A stretch of DNA of 64,000 nt from Pseudonocardia sp. (GTDB lineage Bacteria; Actinomycetota; Actinomycetes; Mycobacteriales; Pseudonocardiaceae), in the NCBI GenBank assembly GCA_052387455.1, contig JBQTJE010000084.1:11879-75878 (forward strand), given 5' to 3'. Below the pieces are notes generated by a model that was given only the letters and a program-made list of their open reading frames with translations, had not been told where the DNA came from and did no database searches. The position numbers were made by a program, and so were the translations under genes. How positions within the stretch are numbered: position 1 is the first letter of the stretch; every line of letters begins with the position of its first letter. Shown in pieces: positions 51,600 through 60,838 of this stretch.

Positions 51600-51705
51600 T
51601 CACCTGATTCAGCGAACCATGCTGTAACAATCTGCACCCGTCTGCGACGTTCTGCCCGAGTGGATCACTCGATAGAGTGAACCGGTCATCTCGGGTCTGG
51701 AGGAC

Positions 51706-53523
51706 GTGGTGGGACCGATCGACTGGGCGAACGAGTGGATGACCAGCCTGCTGTGGATCGGCGAGGTGTTCGCCTACACGGTGGTCGGCTTCCTGTTCGT
51801 GGCATGGCTGCTGATCCGGCGCACCACCTGGGGGCGCCAGTTCTGGCGGCTCTCGGGCGCGTACTTCATCCCCGAACGCCGCGACTGGCCCAGCTGGCGC
51901 CCGCTGCTGACCGTGGCGTTGCTGCTGCTGCTCACCGTGGCCTCGGTGCGCCTGGACGTCGTGCTGTCGTTCTCGTCCAACGGCCTGTTCACCGCACTGC
52001 AGGAGCTGGACGCCCCGTCGTTCTGGCGGTTCATCGGCATCTTCTGCGTGCTGGCGACGGTGAACGTCGCGCTGGTGCTGATCAGCTTCTACATCGGCCA
52101 GGCCCAGATCATCCACTGGCGGGTGTGGCTCAACGACCACGTGCTCGGCGACTGGCTACGCGGCTCGGCCTACCATCGCGGCCGGTACGTCAGGTCCCCG
52201 GTCGACAACCCCGACCAGCGCATCCAGGAGGACATCACGTCCTTCGCGGGCATCTCGCAGTCGCTCGCGCTGGGCGTGGTGGGCTCGATGGTGGCACTCG
52301 TGTCGTTCTCGGTCATCCTGTGGAACCTGTCCGGGCCGCTGACGGTGTTCGGCACCGAGATCCCGCGGGCGATGGTGTTCCTCGCCTACGTCTACGTGAT
52401 CATCGCCACGGTGATCGCGTTCCGGATCGGCCGGCCGCTGATCCGGCTGAACTTCCTCAACGAGGGCCTCGCGGCGACCTACCGTTACGGCCTGGTCCGG
52501 GTCCGCGACAACTCCGAGAACGTCGCGTTCTACCGCGGTGAGCGGGTGGAGCGCGCCGGGCTGCTCGGGCGGTTCGACCGGCTCATCGACAACACCTGGC
52601 GGATCGTGTTCCGCAGCCTGAAGTTCCAGGGCTGGAACCTCGGCGTCAGCCAGGTCGCGGTGGTCTTCCCGCTGATCATCCAGGCGCCGCGGTTCTTCAG
52701 CCAGCAGATCACCCTCGGCGACGTCACCCAGACCGCCACCGCGTTCGCCCAGGTCCACGCCGCGCTGTCGTTCTTCCGCAACGCCTACGACGACTTCGCC
52801 GGCTACCGCGCCGTCCTCAACCGGCTCACCGGGCTGCTCGACGCCAACGACGAGGCCCGCGACCTGCCGGGCCCCGACACCGAGGACCGTGCCGCCGGCC
52901 TCGGCATCCGCGACCTCACCCTGCGCCTGCCCGACGGCCGCCCGCTGCTCGCCGACCTCGATCTCGACCTGGCGGCGGGCGAGTCGCTGCTGGTCAAGGG
53001 CCCGTCGGGATCGGGCAAGACGACGCTGCTGCGCAGCCTCGCGGGGCTCTGGCCGCACGCCGAGGGCCACATCGCCCGCCCCGGCGAGGAGCATGCCCTG
53101 TTCCTGTCCCAGCAGCCCTACCTTCCGCTCGGCTCGCTGCGCACCGCCATCGCCTACCCGGGCGCCGCCGCCGACCTGTCCGACGACGACGCCCGCGAGA
53201 CCCTGCGGTCGGTGCAGCTCGGTCACCTCGCCGACCGGCTCGACGACGACGCCGACTGGTCGCGCACGCTGTCCCCCGGCGAGCAGCAGCGCCTCGGCTT
53301 CGGCCGGATCCTGCTGGCGGCGCCGTCGGTGGTGTTCCTCGACGAGGCCACCTCCGCCCTCGACGAGGGCATGGAGCACGCCCTGTACAGCCTCGTCCGG
53401 GAGCGGCTCCCGGACGCCACGCTCGTCAGCGTCGGGCACCGCAGCACGCTGGAGGGGCTGCACACCCGCCAGCTCGCCCTGCTGGGCGAGGGCCGCTGGG
53501 AGTCCTCGGCGCTCGTGGGCTAG
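51706..53523 (+). CDS. Fused ABC permease/ATPase, BacA/YddA (Rv1819c-like) family
   Basis: DNPDQRIQEDI, EAA-like RVRDNSENVAFYRG, GPSGSGKTT, LSPGEQQR and FLDEATSALD. Confidence 0.92.
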   Translation: MVGPIDWANEWMTSLLWIGEVFAYTVVGFLFVAWLLIRRTTWGRQFWRLSGAYFIPERRDWPSWRPLLTVALLLLLTVASVRLDVVLSFSSNGLFTALQELDAPSFWRFIGIFCVLATVNVALVLISFYIGQAQIIHWRVWLNDHVLGDWLRGSAYHRGRYVRSPVDNPDQRIQEDITSFAGISQSLALGVVGSMVALVSFSVILWNLSGPLTVFGTEIPRAMVFLAYVYVIIATVIAFRIGRPLIRLNFLNEGLAATYRYGLVRVRDNSENVAFYRGERVERAGLLGRFDRLIDNTWRIVFRSLKFQGWNLGVSQVAVVFPLIIQAPRFFSQQITLGDVTQTATAFAQVHAALSFFRNAYDDFAGYRAVLNRLTGLLDANDEARDLPGPDTEDRAAGLGIRDLTLRLPDGRPLLADLDLDLAAGESLLVKGPSGSGKTTLLRSLAGLWPHAEGHIARPGEEHALFLSQQPYLPLGSLRTAIAYPGAAADLSDDDARETLRSVQLGHLADRLDDDADWSRTLSPGEQQRLGFGRILLAAPSVVFLDEATSALDEGMEHALYSLVRERLPDATLVSVGHRSTLEGLHTRQLALLGEGRWESSALVG

Positions 53524-53669
53524 CCGCGCCCCCCGCGCCCCCCCGCCCCCGTGCACCCCGCGGCGCACTCGGGCGGCGCAGGTGTCGCGCGACGGCACCT
53601 GCGCCGCCCAAGTGCGCGTCGGCCGGGGGCGAGGGGGAGGGGGCGCGCGGGGGGCGCGGGAGGGGGCGC
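53524..53669. terminator. Long bidirectional hairpin with C-rich and G-rich flanks
   Basis: 22-bp stem 53563-53584 / 53596-53617 with one mismatch, extended by complementary C- and G-tracts; between convergent stops. Confidence 0.65.
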
Positions 53670-53670
53670 G

Positions 53671-54288
53671 TCAGCGGGGGGCGGCGGCGCGGCCCTTGGT
53701 GAAGAACGCGGCTACGGCTCTCGCGTCGGGCAGTTCGTCGAGCGGGCGCAGCGCGCCGAACGGGGCGTTCCAGAAGCCGCCCTGCACGGGTGGGGTCCAC
53801 GGCCCGACGTAGGCGTACGGGCGGGGGTGCGCGGCGTCGCCGGGTGACACGCCGTAGTTGACCTCGTCCACGGTGACGCCGACGTCGAAGTGCTCGGGCC
53901 AGAGCACGGGCGTCTGCGACGGGGCGAAGGCGCGCATCGCCGCGTCGCCGCGGGCGAAGGCGTCGGCGATCAGCGCGGCGGCGGCCGGGTCGACGGCGAG
54001 GTCGTGGTCGGCGGGCAGGTCCGGCGAGTCGTGGTAGTTACCGGGCGTGCCCAGCTCCACGCCGGCGGCCGCGGCCAGCGCGCCGAGGGTGCCGGTCAGC
54101 GGCGCCCGCCCGCCGTCCCACACCAGCGACGTGCCCTCCACGCGCAGCGGCACCGCCACCCCGCCGAACCCGCCGGGCATCGCGGCGAGCCGGATCGTGC
54201 CGTGCGCGCGGAACTGCGGCCCGGCGATCACGCTCTCCGCCACGCCGTGCAGGCTCAGCCGCGTCGCGGTCAGGATCTGGTCGTCCAT
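53671..54288 (-). CDS. Conserved hypothetical protein
   Basis: Protein-like composition with LWPEHFD, PYAYVGPW and FWNAPFGA motifs; function not recognised. Confidence 0.75.
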   Translation of the reverse strand: MDDQILTATRLSLHGVAESVIAGPQFRAHGTIRLAAMPGGFGGVAVPLRVEGTSLVWDGGRAPLTGTLGALAAAAGVELGTPGNYHDSPDLPADHDLAVDPAAAALIADAFARGDAAMRAFAPSQTPVLWPEHFDVGVTVDEVNYGVSPGDAAHPRPYAYVGPWTPPVQGGFWNAPFGALRPLDELPDARAVAAFFTKGRAAAPR

Positions 54289-54367
54289 GTCGAACCTCCC
54301 GTGTAACGCGCGGCGCTCGCCGCGGCACTCACCCGCTGCTGGTGTCCGCGAACCCGGGGAGCGTTAC

Positions 54368-55981
54368 ATGCAACCGAACCACGTGCTCGTCGCCCGCTGG
54401 GCCGACCTCCCCGAGGCCGTCCCCACCGCCGCCGAGGCCGACGGGCTGGATCTGGTGCTCGTGCGCCGCGGCCCGGAGGTGTCGGTGTTCGAGGGCCGCT
54501 GCCCGCACCGGGGCGCGCTGCTCGCCGACGGCCGGGTGGAGGGCGAGAACCTCATCTGCGGCGTGCACGGCTGGGACTACCGCCTCGACTCGGGGATCAG
54601 CGCCTACAACCCGGCCGAGCGCCTGCACAAGTTCACCACCCACCGGGTCGGCGACGACGTCGCGATCGACAAGGCCGAGCTCGCCGCCTACCGGGCACTG
54701 CGACCCGAGCGGCCGGTCACGTCCACCTACGACCGGCTCTTCGACGACCCGCACCAGGACACCGCGGAGGAGCCGTTCGTCTCCGAGATCCACGCGCTGG
54801 CCAAGCGGGGCCTCGCCGGCGCGCACGGCAAGGTGGCGGCGATGGGCGTGCCGCGCACGGACCTGCCCACCTGGGACGACCTGCAGATCCTCACCGCGCA
54901 GCTGCACCGCTTCCCGCTGCTCGACGGCGCCCCCGTCGACACGTCGGTCGTCATCGGCCCGGCGGCCGCGAAGCCGCTGCGCCTCGACATCCCGGTGTTC
55001 GTCTCCGACATGAGCTTCGGCGCGTTGTCGCTGGAGGCGAAGGTGGCGCTGGCCCGCGGCGCCGAGGGCGCGGGCACGGCGATCGCGTCCGGTGAGGGCG
55101 GGATGCTGCCCGAGGAGCAGGCGGAGTGTTCCCGCTACCTCTACGAGCTGGCGTCGGGCCGGTTCGGCTGGGACGAGATGCACCTCGACCGGGTGCAGGC
55201 GCTGCACCTCAAGCTCGGCCAGGGCGCCAAGACCGGCACCGGTGGGCACCTGCCGGGCAACAAGGTCGTCGGCCGGATCGCGGAGGTCCGCGGCCTGCCC
55301 GAGGGCACGTCCGCCGTGTCGCCGCCGCGGTTCGTCGACTGGCGCACGCTGCTCGACGCCCGCGCGCTCGTCGACCGGATCCGGGAGCGCTCGGCCGGAA
55401 TCCCGGTGGGGGTGAAGATGTCCGCGCAGCACGTGGAGAGCGATCTCGACGCGGCCCTGGACATCGGCATCGACTACGTCATCCTCGACGGCCGCGGCGG
55501 CGGCACCGGGGCCGCCCCGACGATCTTCCGGGACACCATCAGCGTGCCGACGATGGCCGCGCTCGCCCGGGCACGGCGCCACCTCGACCTGGCCGGCGCC
55601 CGCGACGTCACGCTGGTGGCGACCGGCGGGTTCCGCCGCGCGCAGGACATGGTCAAGGCGCTCGCGCTGGGCGCCGACGCGATCGCGGTGTCGAACGTGG
55701 CGCTGCAGGCCATCGGCTGCGTCGGGATGCGCGCGTGCCACACCGACAACTGCCCGATGGGCATCGCCACCCAGAAGCCGCACCTGCGGGCCCGGCTGCC
55801 CGTGCAGCGCGCGGCCGAGCAGCTCACCCGCTACCTCGGCGCGATCACCGAACTGATGGTGGTGCTGGCGCGGGCGTGCGGGCACGACTCGCTGTCGCAC
55901 TTCACCCCGCGCGACCTGACGTCGTGGAAACGCGAGGTCGCGGAGCTCGTCGGCGTGAGCTACGCGGGGGTGCAGCGCTAG
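54368..55981 (+). CDS. Rieske [2Fe-2S] domain fused to an FMN-binding glutamate-synthase-like domain
   Basis: CPHRG..CGVHGW; SDMSFGALS, SGEGG, KLGQGAKTG.GG.L, DGRGGGTGA and CVGMRACHTDNCP; no glutamine amidotransferase domain. Confidence 0.92.
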   Translation: MQPNHVLVARWADLPEAVPTAAEADGLDLVLVRRGPEVSVFEGRCPHRGALLADGRVEGENLICGVHGWDYRLDSGISAYNPAERLHKFTTHRVGDDVAIDKAELAAYRALRPERPVTSTYDRLFDDPHQDTAEEPFVSEIHALAKRGLAGAHGKVAAMGVPRTDLPTWDDLQILTAQLHRFPLLDGAPVDTSVVIGPAAAKPLRLDIPVFVSDMSFGALSLEAKVALARGAEGAGTAIASGEGGMLPEEQAECSRYLYELASGRFGWDEMHLDRVQALHLKLGQGAKTGTGGHLPGNKVVGRIAEVRGLPEGTSAVSPPRFVDWRTLLDARALVDRIRERSAGIPVGVKMSAQHVESDLDAALDIGIDYVILDGRGGGTGAAPTIFRDTISVPTMAALARARRHLDLAGARDVTLVATGGFRRAQDMVKALALGADAIAVSNVALQAIGCVGMRACHTDNCPMGIATQKPHLRARLPVQRAAEQLTRYLGAITELMVVLARACGHDSLSHFTPRDLTSWKREVAELVGVSYAGVQR

Positions 55982-55996
55982 AGTACGCTTCCGGGT

Positions 55997-56239
55997 ATGC
56001 GCACCACCGAACGCATCACGGTGACGTTGCCGACCGAGCTGGCCGAGAAGCTGCGGCAGCGGGTCAGCTCCGGCCGGGCGGAGAGCGTGTCCGGGTTGCT
56101 CGCCGAGATCGCCGACGAGTGGTTCCGCGAGGAGGATCTGGCCACGTGGCTCAAGGACATGGCCGAGGGTGCCGAGCCGATCACCGACGCGGATCGCGAG
56201 CGGGTCGACGAGCTGATGCGGATCGCGCGTGGCGAGTGA
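55997..56239 (+). CDS. Putative RHH antitoxin
   Basis: RITVTLP beta-strand plus helices, acidic tail; overlaps the PIN gene; TACGCT -10-like hexamer 7 nt upstream. Confidence 0.75.
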   Translation: MRTTERITVTLPTELAEKLRQRVSSGRAESVSGLLAEIADEWFREEDLATWLKDMAEGAEPITDADRERVDELMRIARGE

Positions 56240-56621
56240 CCACGCGCCCATCGTCATGGACGCCGGTGGGCTCATCTCGATCGAGCGGCGTGCGAGCGTC
56301 ATGCGGCTTGCCGTCGATCGAGCCGCGGCGGCAGGCGCCCGCGTCGTGATCCCGGCTCCCGTCCTGGCGCAGGTGTGGCGCGGCGGCGCGCGGCAGGCGT
56401 TGCTGGGACGGTTCCTGCGCCTGCCCTTCGTCGAGGTCGATCTCCTCTCGACGCACCTGTGGCGCGCAGCGGGTGAGCTGTGCGGCGACTCGGGGACCTC
56501 GGACGTGGTCGACGCCGCGGTCGTCGTCTGTGCCCGGGAGCGCGGCGCACACGCCGTCGTCACCTCCGATCCCGACGACCTGCGCCGGCTCGACCTCGGC
56601 CTGGCCTACTGGACCGTGTAA
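56229..56621 (+). CDS. vapC: PIN-domain (VapC-like) toxin
   Basis: VMDAG, VVIPAPVLAQVW, DVVDAAVV and VVTSDPDD acidic PIN pattern. Confidence 0.82.
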   Translation: MASDHAPIVMDAGGLISIERRASVMRLAVDRAAAAGARVVIPAPVLAQVWRGGARQALLGRFLRLPFVEVDLLSTHLWRAAGELCGDSGTSDVVDAAVVVCARERGAHAVVTSDPDDLRRLDLGLAYWTV

Positions 56622-56652
56622 CGCCCGCCCGGGTCGGCGACACCGAACCTGC

Positions 56653-58593
56653 ATGACCACATGGCACCGCGTGGACGGCGAGCTGGACGAGGGGCGCGTC
56701 CGCACCGTCGTGATCAACGGCCGGACGATCGCGCTCACCCGCTGCGGCGGGCGCTACGGCGCGCTGGACAACCGCTGCCCGCACCAGGGCGGCCCGCTGG
56801 GCGAGGGGTCGATCGAGAACGGGTGGCTGCGCTGCCCGTGGCACGGCTACGACTACTCCCCGCTCACCGGGCGCCCGCCGGAGGGCTTCTCCGACGCGCC
56901 GGACGCCTATCCCGTGCAGGAGCGCGCCGACGGCGTCTACGTCGCGGTGCCCGACCTGCCGCCGCGGGCCCGGAGCGTCTCCGACGTGCTCGTCGAGACG
57001 CTCGTCGCGTGGGGCGTGGACACCGTGTTCGGCATGGTCGGGCACTCGAACCTCGGGTTCGCCGATGCGTTGAGGTGCGCAGAGCAAAGGGGCGAGCTGC
57101 GGTTCGTCGGGATCCGGCACGAGGGCGCGGCGGCGTTCGCGGCCTCGGCGTACGGCAAGCTCACCGGCCGGCCGGCGGCGTGCTTCGCGATCGCCGGGCC
57201 GGGATCGACGAACCTGCTCACCGGGCTCTACGACGCCAAGCTCGACGGCGCCCCGGTGCTCGCGATCTCCGGGCAGGTGCCGTCGAAGGTCCTGGGGCGC
57301 GGCGCGTTCCAGGACGTCGACCTGTCGGCGGTCTTCCGGGACGTCGCGCTCTCGACGGTCACGGTGCACGCCGGGTCCGACCACGCCGAGCTGGCGGCCA
57401 CCGCCGTCAAGCACGCCGTCGACGGGCGCGGCGTGGCGCACCTGGTGCTGCCCGACGAGGTGCAGGACCTGCCGTCGGACGCCGCGGCCGGGTCGCCGGC
57501 CGGACGGCGGGCGGATCCGGCGGTGGCACCGTCGGCGCCCGCGCTGGCGGCGGCCCTGGCGAAGTTGCGGGCGGCGCGGCGGCCGGTGGTCGTCGCCGGG
57601 CAGGGCGCGCGGGGGGCCGCCGCCGAGCTGCACGCGCTGGCCGAACGGCTCGGCGCGCCCGTCCTGACCACGTTCCGCGCGAAGGGCCTCGTCCCCGACA
57701 CGCACCCGCTCGGCGCCGGCGTGCTCGGCCGCTCCGGCACGCCCGTGGCGTCGTGGCTGATGAACGAGGCCGACCTGCTGCTCGTCGTCGGCGCCTCGTT
57801 CGCCAACCACACCGGCATCGCGCCGTACAAGCCGATCGTGCAGGTCGACGACACGCCGTCGGCGATCGGGCGGTTCCACGGCGTCGATGTCGGGGTGCTC
57901 GGGGATGCGGCGGTGACGCTGCGGGCGCTGCTCGGCGGTCTCGGGGCCTGCGCCGCCACGGACCAGCGGCCCGACGTCGCCGTCCGGCAGGAGATCTGGC
58001 GGGCGGAGAAGGCGCGACGTGCCCGCGACGACCGCGGCCGGGGCGTCGCGTCGGCGGCGGTGTTCGCGGCGCTGTCCGCCCACTGCCCGGCCGACGCCGT
58101 GATCGCCGTGGACGTCGGCAACCACGCGTACTCGTTCGGCCGGTACTTCGCGAGCGCCGGGCAGCCGGTGCTGATGTCGGGCTACCTCGGGTCGATCGGG
58201 TTCGGCTACCCGGCCGCGATCGGCGCCTGGGCCGCCCTGCATCCGGCGCGCGACCCGAGGGCGGACCGTCCGGTCGTGGCCGTCACCGGCGACGGCGGGT
58301 TCGGGCAGTACCTCGCCGAGCTGACGACGGCGGTCAAGTACGGCATCGGGGTCAAGCACGTGCTCCTCGACAACGGCGCGCTCGGCAAGATCTCGAAGGA
58401 ACAGCTCGCGGGCCGCCTGCCGGTCTGGCAGACGTCGCTGGTCAACCCCGACTTCGCCGAGTACGCGCGGCTGTGCGGCGCCACCGGCATCCCCGTGCAC
58501 CGCGCCGACGAGCTGGACGAGGCCATGAAAGCGCTCTTCGCCGCCGACGGGCCCGCGCTGCTGCACGTGCACGCCGACCCCGAGCTGGTGTGA
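56653..58593 (+). CDS. Rieske [2Fe-2S] domain fused to a ThDP-dependent enzyme (pyruvate oxidase/acetolactate synthase family)
   Basis: CPHQGGPL..CPWHG; RHEGAAAF, GPGSTN and ThDP motif GDGG..N. Confidence 0.93.
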   Translation: MTTWHRVDGELDEGRVRTVVINGRTIALTRCGGRYGALDNRCPHQGGPLGEGSIENGWLRCPWHGYDYSPLTGRPPEGFSDAPDAYPVQERADGVYVAVPDLPPRARSVSDVLVETLVAWGVDTVFGMVGHSNLGFADALRCAEQRGELRFVGIRHEGAAAFAASAYGKLTGRPAACFAIAGPGSTNLLTGLYDAKLDGAPVLAISGQVPSKVLGRGAFQDVDLSAVFRDVALSTVTVHAGSDHAELAATAVKHAVDGRGVAHLVLPDEVQDLPSDAAAGSPAGRRADPAVAPSAPALAAALAKLRAARRPVVVAGQGARGAAAELHALAERLGAPVLTTFRAKGLVPDTHPLGAGVLGRSGTPVASWLMNEADLLLVVGASFANHTGIAPYKPIVQVDDTPSAIGRFHGVDVGVLGDAAVTLRALLGGLGACAATDQRPDVAVRQEIWRAEKARRARDDRGRGVASAAVFAALSAHCPADAVIAVDVGNHAYSFGRYFASAGQPVLMSGYLGSIGFGYPAAIGAWAALHPARDPRADRPVVAVTGDGGFGQYLAELTTAVKYGIGVKHVLLDNGALGKISKEQLAGRLPVWQTSLVNPDFAEYARLCGATGIPVHRADELDEAMKALFAADGPALLHVHADPELV

Positions 58594-58594
58594 C

Positions 58595-59779
58595 GTGTCC
58601 GCGTCACTGGTGATCGTCCTCGCGGTCGCCGCCGCCGTGCCCCTGCTGCTGGGGCTCGCGCCGCGACTGCTGCTGCCCGGCGCGCTGGTGGAGATCGTCG
58701 CCGGGATCGTGCTGGGGCCCTCGGTACTCGGCTGGGTCGAGCCGGACGCCACCGTGTCGGCACTCGCCCTGCTGGGCCTGTCGTTCCTGCTGTTCCTCGC
58801 CGGGTGGGAGGTGGACCTGCGACGGTTCCGCGGGTCGCTCGGCCGGCGGGTGGCGGCGTCGCTGCTGGTGTCGGTGCTGGTCGCCGCGCTGGTCGCGGGC
58901 GTGCTCGTGCTGCTCGGCGTCCGCGGCGCGGCCCTGCTCGGGGTGGCGCTGCTCGCGACGTCGCTCGGCCTGGTCGTGCCCGTCCTCGCCGACGCCGGGC
59001 GCCTCGCCGACCCGGTGGGCCGGCTGACGGTCGCGGGCGCCTCGGCCGGCGAGGTGGCGGCGGTGGTGCTGCTCTCGGTCGGCCTGGCCGGGGCGGACAC
59101 CCCGCTGGCCGGGCGGTTACTGCTGCTGGGCCTGCTGCTCGTCGCGCTGGGCGCGATCGCGCTGGCCGTGCTCGGCGTCGAGCACTCGGCACGGCTCACC
59201 GCGCTCGTGGGACGCCTGGCCGACACCAGCGCCCAGATCCGCGTGCGGCTCACCGTGCTGCTGGTCGCCGGGCTCGCGTTCGCGGCGGCCGCGCTGGGCT
59301 TCGAGGCGATCCTCGGGGCGTTCCTCGCGGGCGTGCTCGTGCGCGCGCTCGACCCGGAACCGGAGCGTTCCCACCCGCACTACCCCGTCAAGCTCGAGGC
59401 CGTCGGCTACGGGCTGCTCGTCCCGGTCTTCTTCGTCACCAGCGGGCTCACCCTCGACCTGCGCGGACTCGTCGAGCACCCGTCCGCGCTGCTGCTCGTT
59501 CCCGCGTTCCTGGTCGCGTTGCTGCTGGTGCGCGGCGTGCCGGCGCTCGTGTTCCGGCGCGAGCTGGACCGTCGCGGCGTCGCCGTCGTCGGGCTACTCC
59601 AGGCGACGTCGTTGCCGTTCCTGCTGGCCGCCACCGAGATCGGGGAGCGGATGGGGCTGCTCGACCCGGCCGTCGGCGCCGGGCTGGTCGCCGCCGGGCT
59701 GGCGTCGGTGCTCGTGTTCCCGGCACTGGCGCTGGGGCTGCTCGCCCGGGCCCCGCGCCAGGCGACCGTCCCGTCGTGA
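58595..59779 (+). CDS. Cation:proton antiporter (Na+/H+ exchanger family)
   Basis: About 12 transmembrane segments, LLFLAGWEVD, ATSLG, GAFLAG and PVFFVTSG. Confidence 0.9.
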   Translation: MSASLVIVLAVAAAVPLLLGLAPRLLLPGALVEIVAGIVLGPSVLGWVEPDATVSALALLGLSFLLFLAGWEVDLRRFRGSLGRRVAASLLVSVLVAALVAGVLVLLGVRGAALLGVALLATSLGLVVPVLADAGRLADPVGRLTVAGASAGEVAAVVLLSVGLAGADTPLAGRLLLLGLLLVALGAIALAVLGVEHSARLTALVGRLADTSAQIRVRLTVLLVAGLAFAAAALGFEAILGAFLAGVLVRALDPEPERSHPHYPVKLEAVGYGLLVPVFFVTSGLTLDLRGLVEHPSALLLVPAFLVALLLVRGVPALVFRRELDRRGVAVVGLLQATSLPFLLAATEIGERMGLLDPAVGAGLVAAGLASVLVFPALALGLLARAPRQATVPS

Positions 59780-59926
59780 TCACCGTCCCGGGACCGGCCG
59801 CGGTGATCACCGTTTCGGGACGGGGACCGGCGTGATCACTGTTTCGGGACGGGGGACCGTCGTGATCACTGTTTCGGGACGGGGGACCGTCGTGGTCACG
59901 GTTCGCCGTCCCGAAACGGTGATCAC
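59776..59926. repeat. 30-bp tandem GTGATCACTGTTTCGGGACGGGGGACCGTC array closed by an inverted copy
   Basis: 59831-59860 and 59861-59890 are identical; two degenerate copies upstream; 59908-59926 is the exact reverse complement of 59803-59821. Confidence 0.9.
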
Positions 59927-59989
59927 GGCCCGGCGGTGGTGGCCGGCGGCGCGGTTCCGGCCACCACCGACCGCCGGTACGGTTCCCCG

Positions 59990-60592
59990 GTGCTGCCGGA
60001 GGACACCGACCTCGTGGCCCGGTTGCGCGGCGGGGACGAGGCGGCCTTCGTCACCGTCGTGCGCGCCTGGTCACCGGCGATGCTCCGCGTCGCGCGCGGC
60101 TACGTCCGCACGCACGCGTCCGCCGAGGAGGTCGTGCAGGAGGCGTGGCTGGCCGTCGTCCGCGGCATCGACGGCTTCGCCGGCCGGGCGGCCCTGCGCA
60201 GCTGGGTGCTCACCATCGTCGCCAACCTCGCCCGGCGCCGCGCCCGGGCCGAGGCGCGGATCATGACCGCCGAGTTCCAGCCGGCCGTCGACCCCGACCG
60301 GTTCCGCGGCGACGACGACCCGACCTACCCCGGGCACTGGCGCGAGGGGGCGGCCCCGCAGGCGTGGGGACCCGAGCCCGCGCTGCTGGCGGCCGAGTTC
60401 CGTGGTCTGCTGGAGACCGCGCTCGCCGGGTTGCCCCACCGGCAGCGCAGCGTCGTCGAGCTGCGCGACGTCCACGGGCTGGATGCGGAGGAGGTGTGCA
60501 CGCTGCTCGACCTGACCCCGGCCAACCAGCGGGTGCTGCTGCACCGCGGCCGCTCGCGGCTGCGCGCGGTCCTGGAGACGGTGGTCGTGTGA
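59990..60592 (+). CDS. ECF RNA polymerase sigma factor
   Basis: AEEVVQEAWL, LRSWVLTIVAN region 2; LPHRQRSVVELRD..QRVLLHRGRSRL region 4. Confidence 0.95.
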   Translation: MLPEDTDLVARLRGGDEAAFVTVVRAWSPAMLRVARGYVRTHASAEEVVQEAWLAVVRGIDGFAGRAALRSWVLTIVANLARRRARAEARIMTAEFQPAVDPDRFRGDDDPTYPGHWREGAAPQAWGPEPALLAAEFRGLLETALAGLPHRQRSVVELRDVHGLDAEEVCTLLDLTPANQRVLLHRGRSRLRAVLETVVV

Positions 60593-60837
60593 GGCAGCCG
60601 CGTGACATGGCGTGCCGCGAGCTCGTCGAGCTCGTCACCGACTACCTCGAAGGCGCGCTGCCGCCCGACGAGGTCGCCGCCGTCGAGGCGCACCTCGACG
60701 AGTGCGGCGGCTGCCGCGAGTACCTCACCCAGATGCGCGCCACCGTGTCAGCCACGGGCGCCGTGCGCGTCGACACCCTGCCCGACGCCATCGTCGACGA
60801 CCTGCTCCGGGCGTTCCGCCGGCACCGCAGCGCCTAG
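60589..60837 (+). CDS. Soluble zinc-finger (zf-HC2/ZAS) anti-sigma factor
   Basis: MACRELVELVTDYLEG..HLDECGGC; GTGA overlap with the sigma stop; no transmembrane segment. Confidence 0.92.
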   Translation: MRQPRDMACRELVELVTDYLEGALPPDEVAAVEAHLDECGGCREYLTQMRATVSATGAVRVDTLPDAIVDDLLRAFRRHRSA

Positions 60838-60838
60838 C

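Noticed and set aside
51600-51705. Cobalamin riboswitch upstream of the BacA-like transporter
   Set aside because: The gap is only about 105 nt and shows no B12-box or GGGAA..CCC core.
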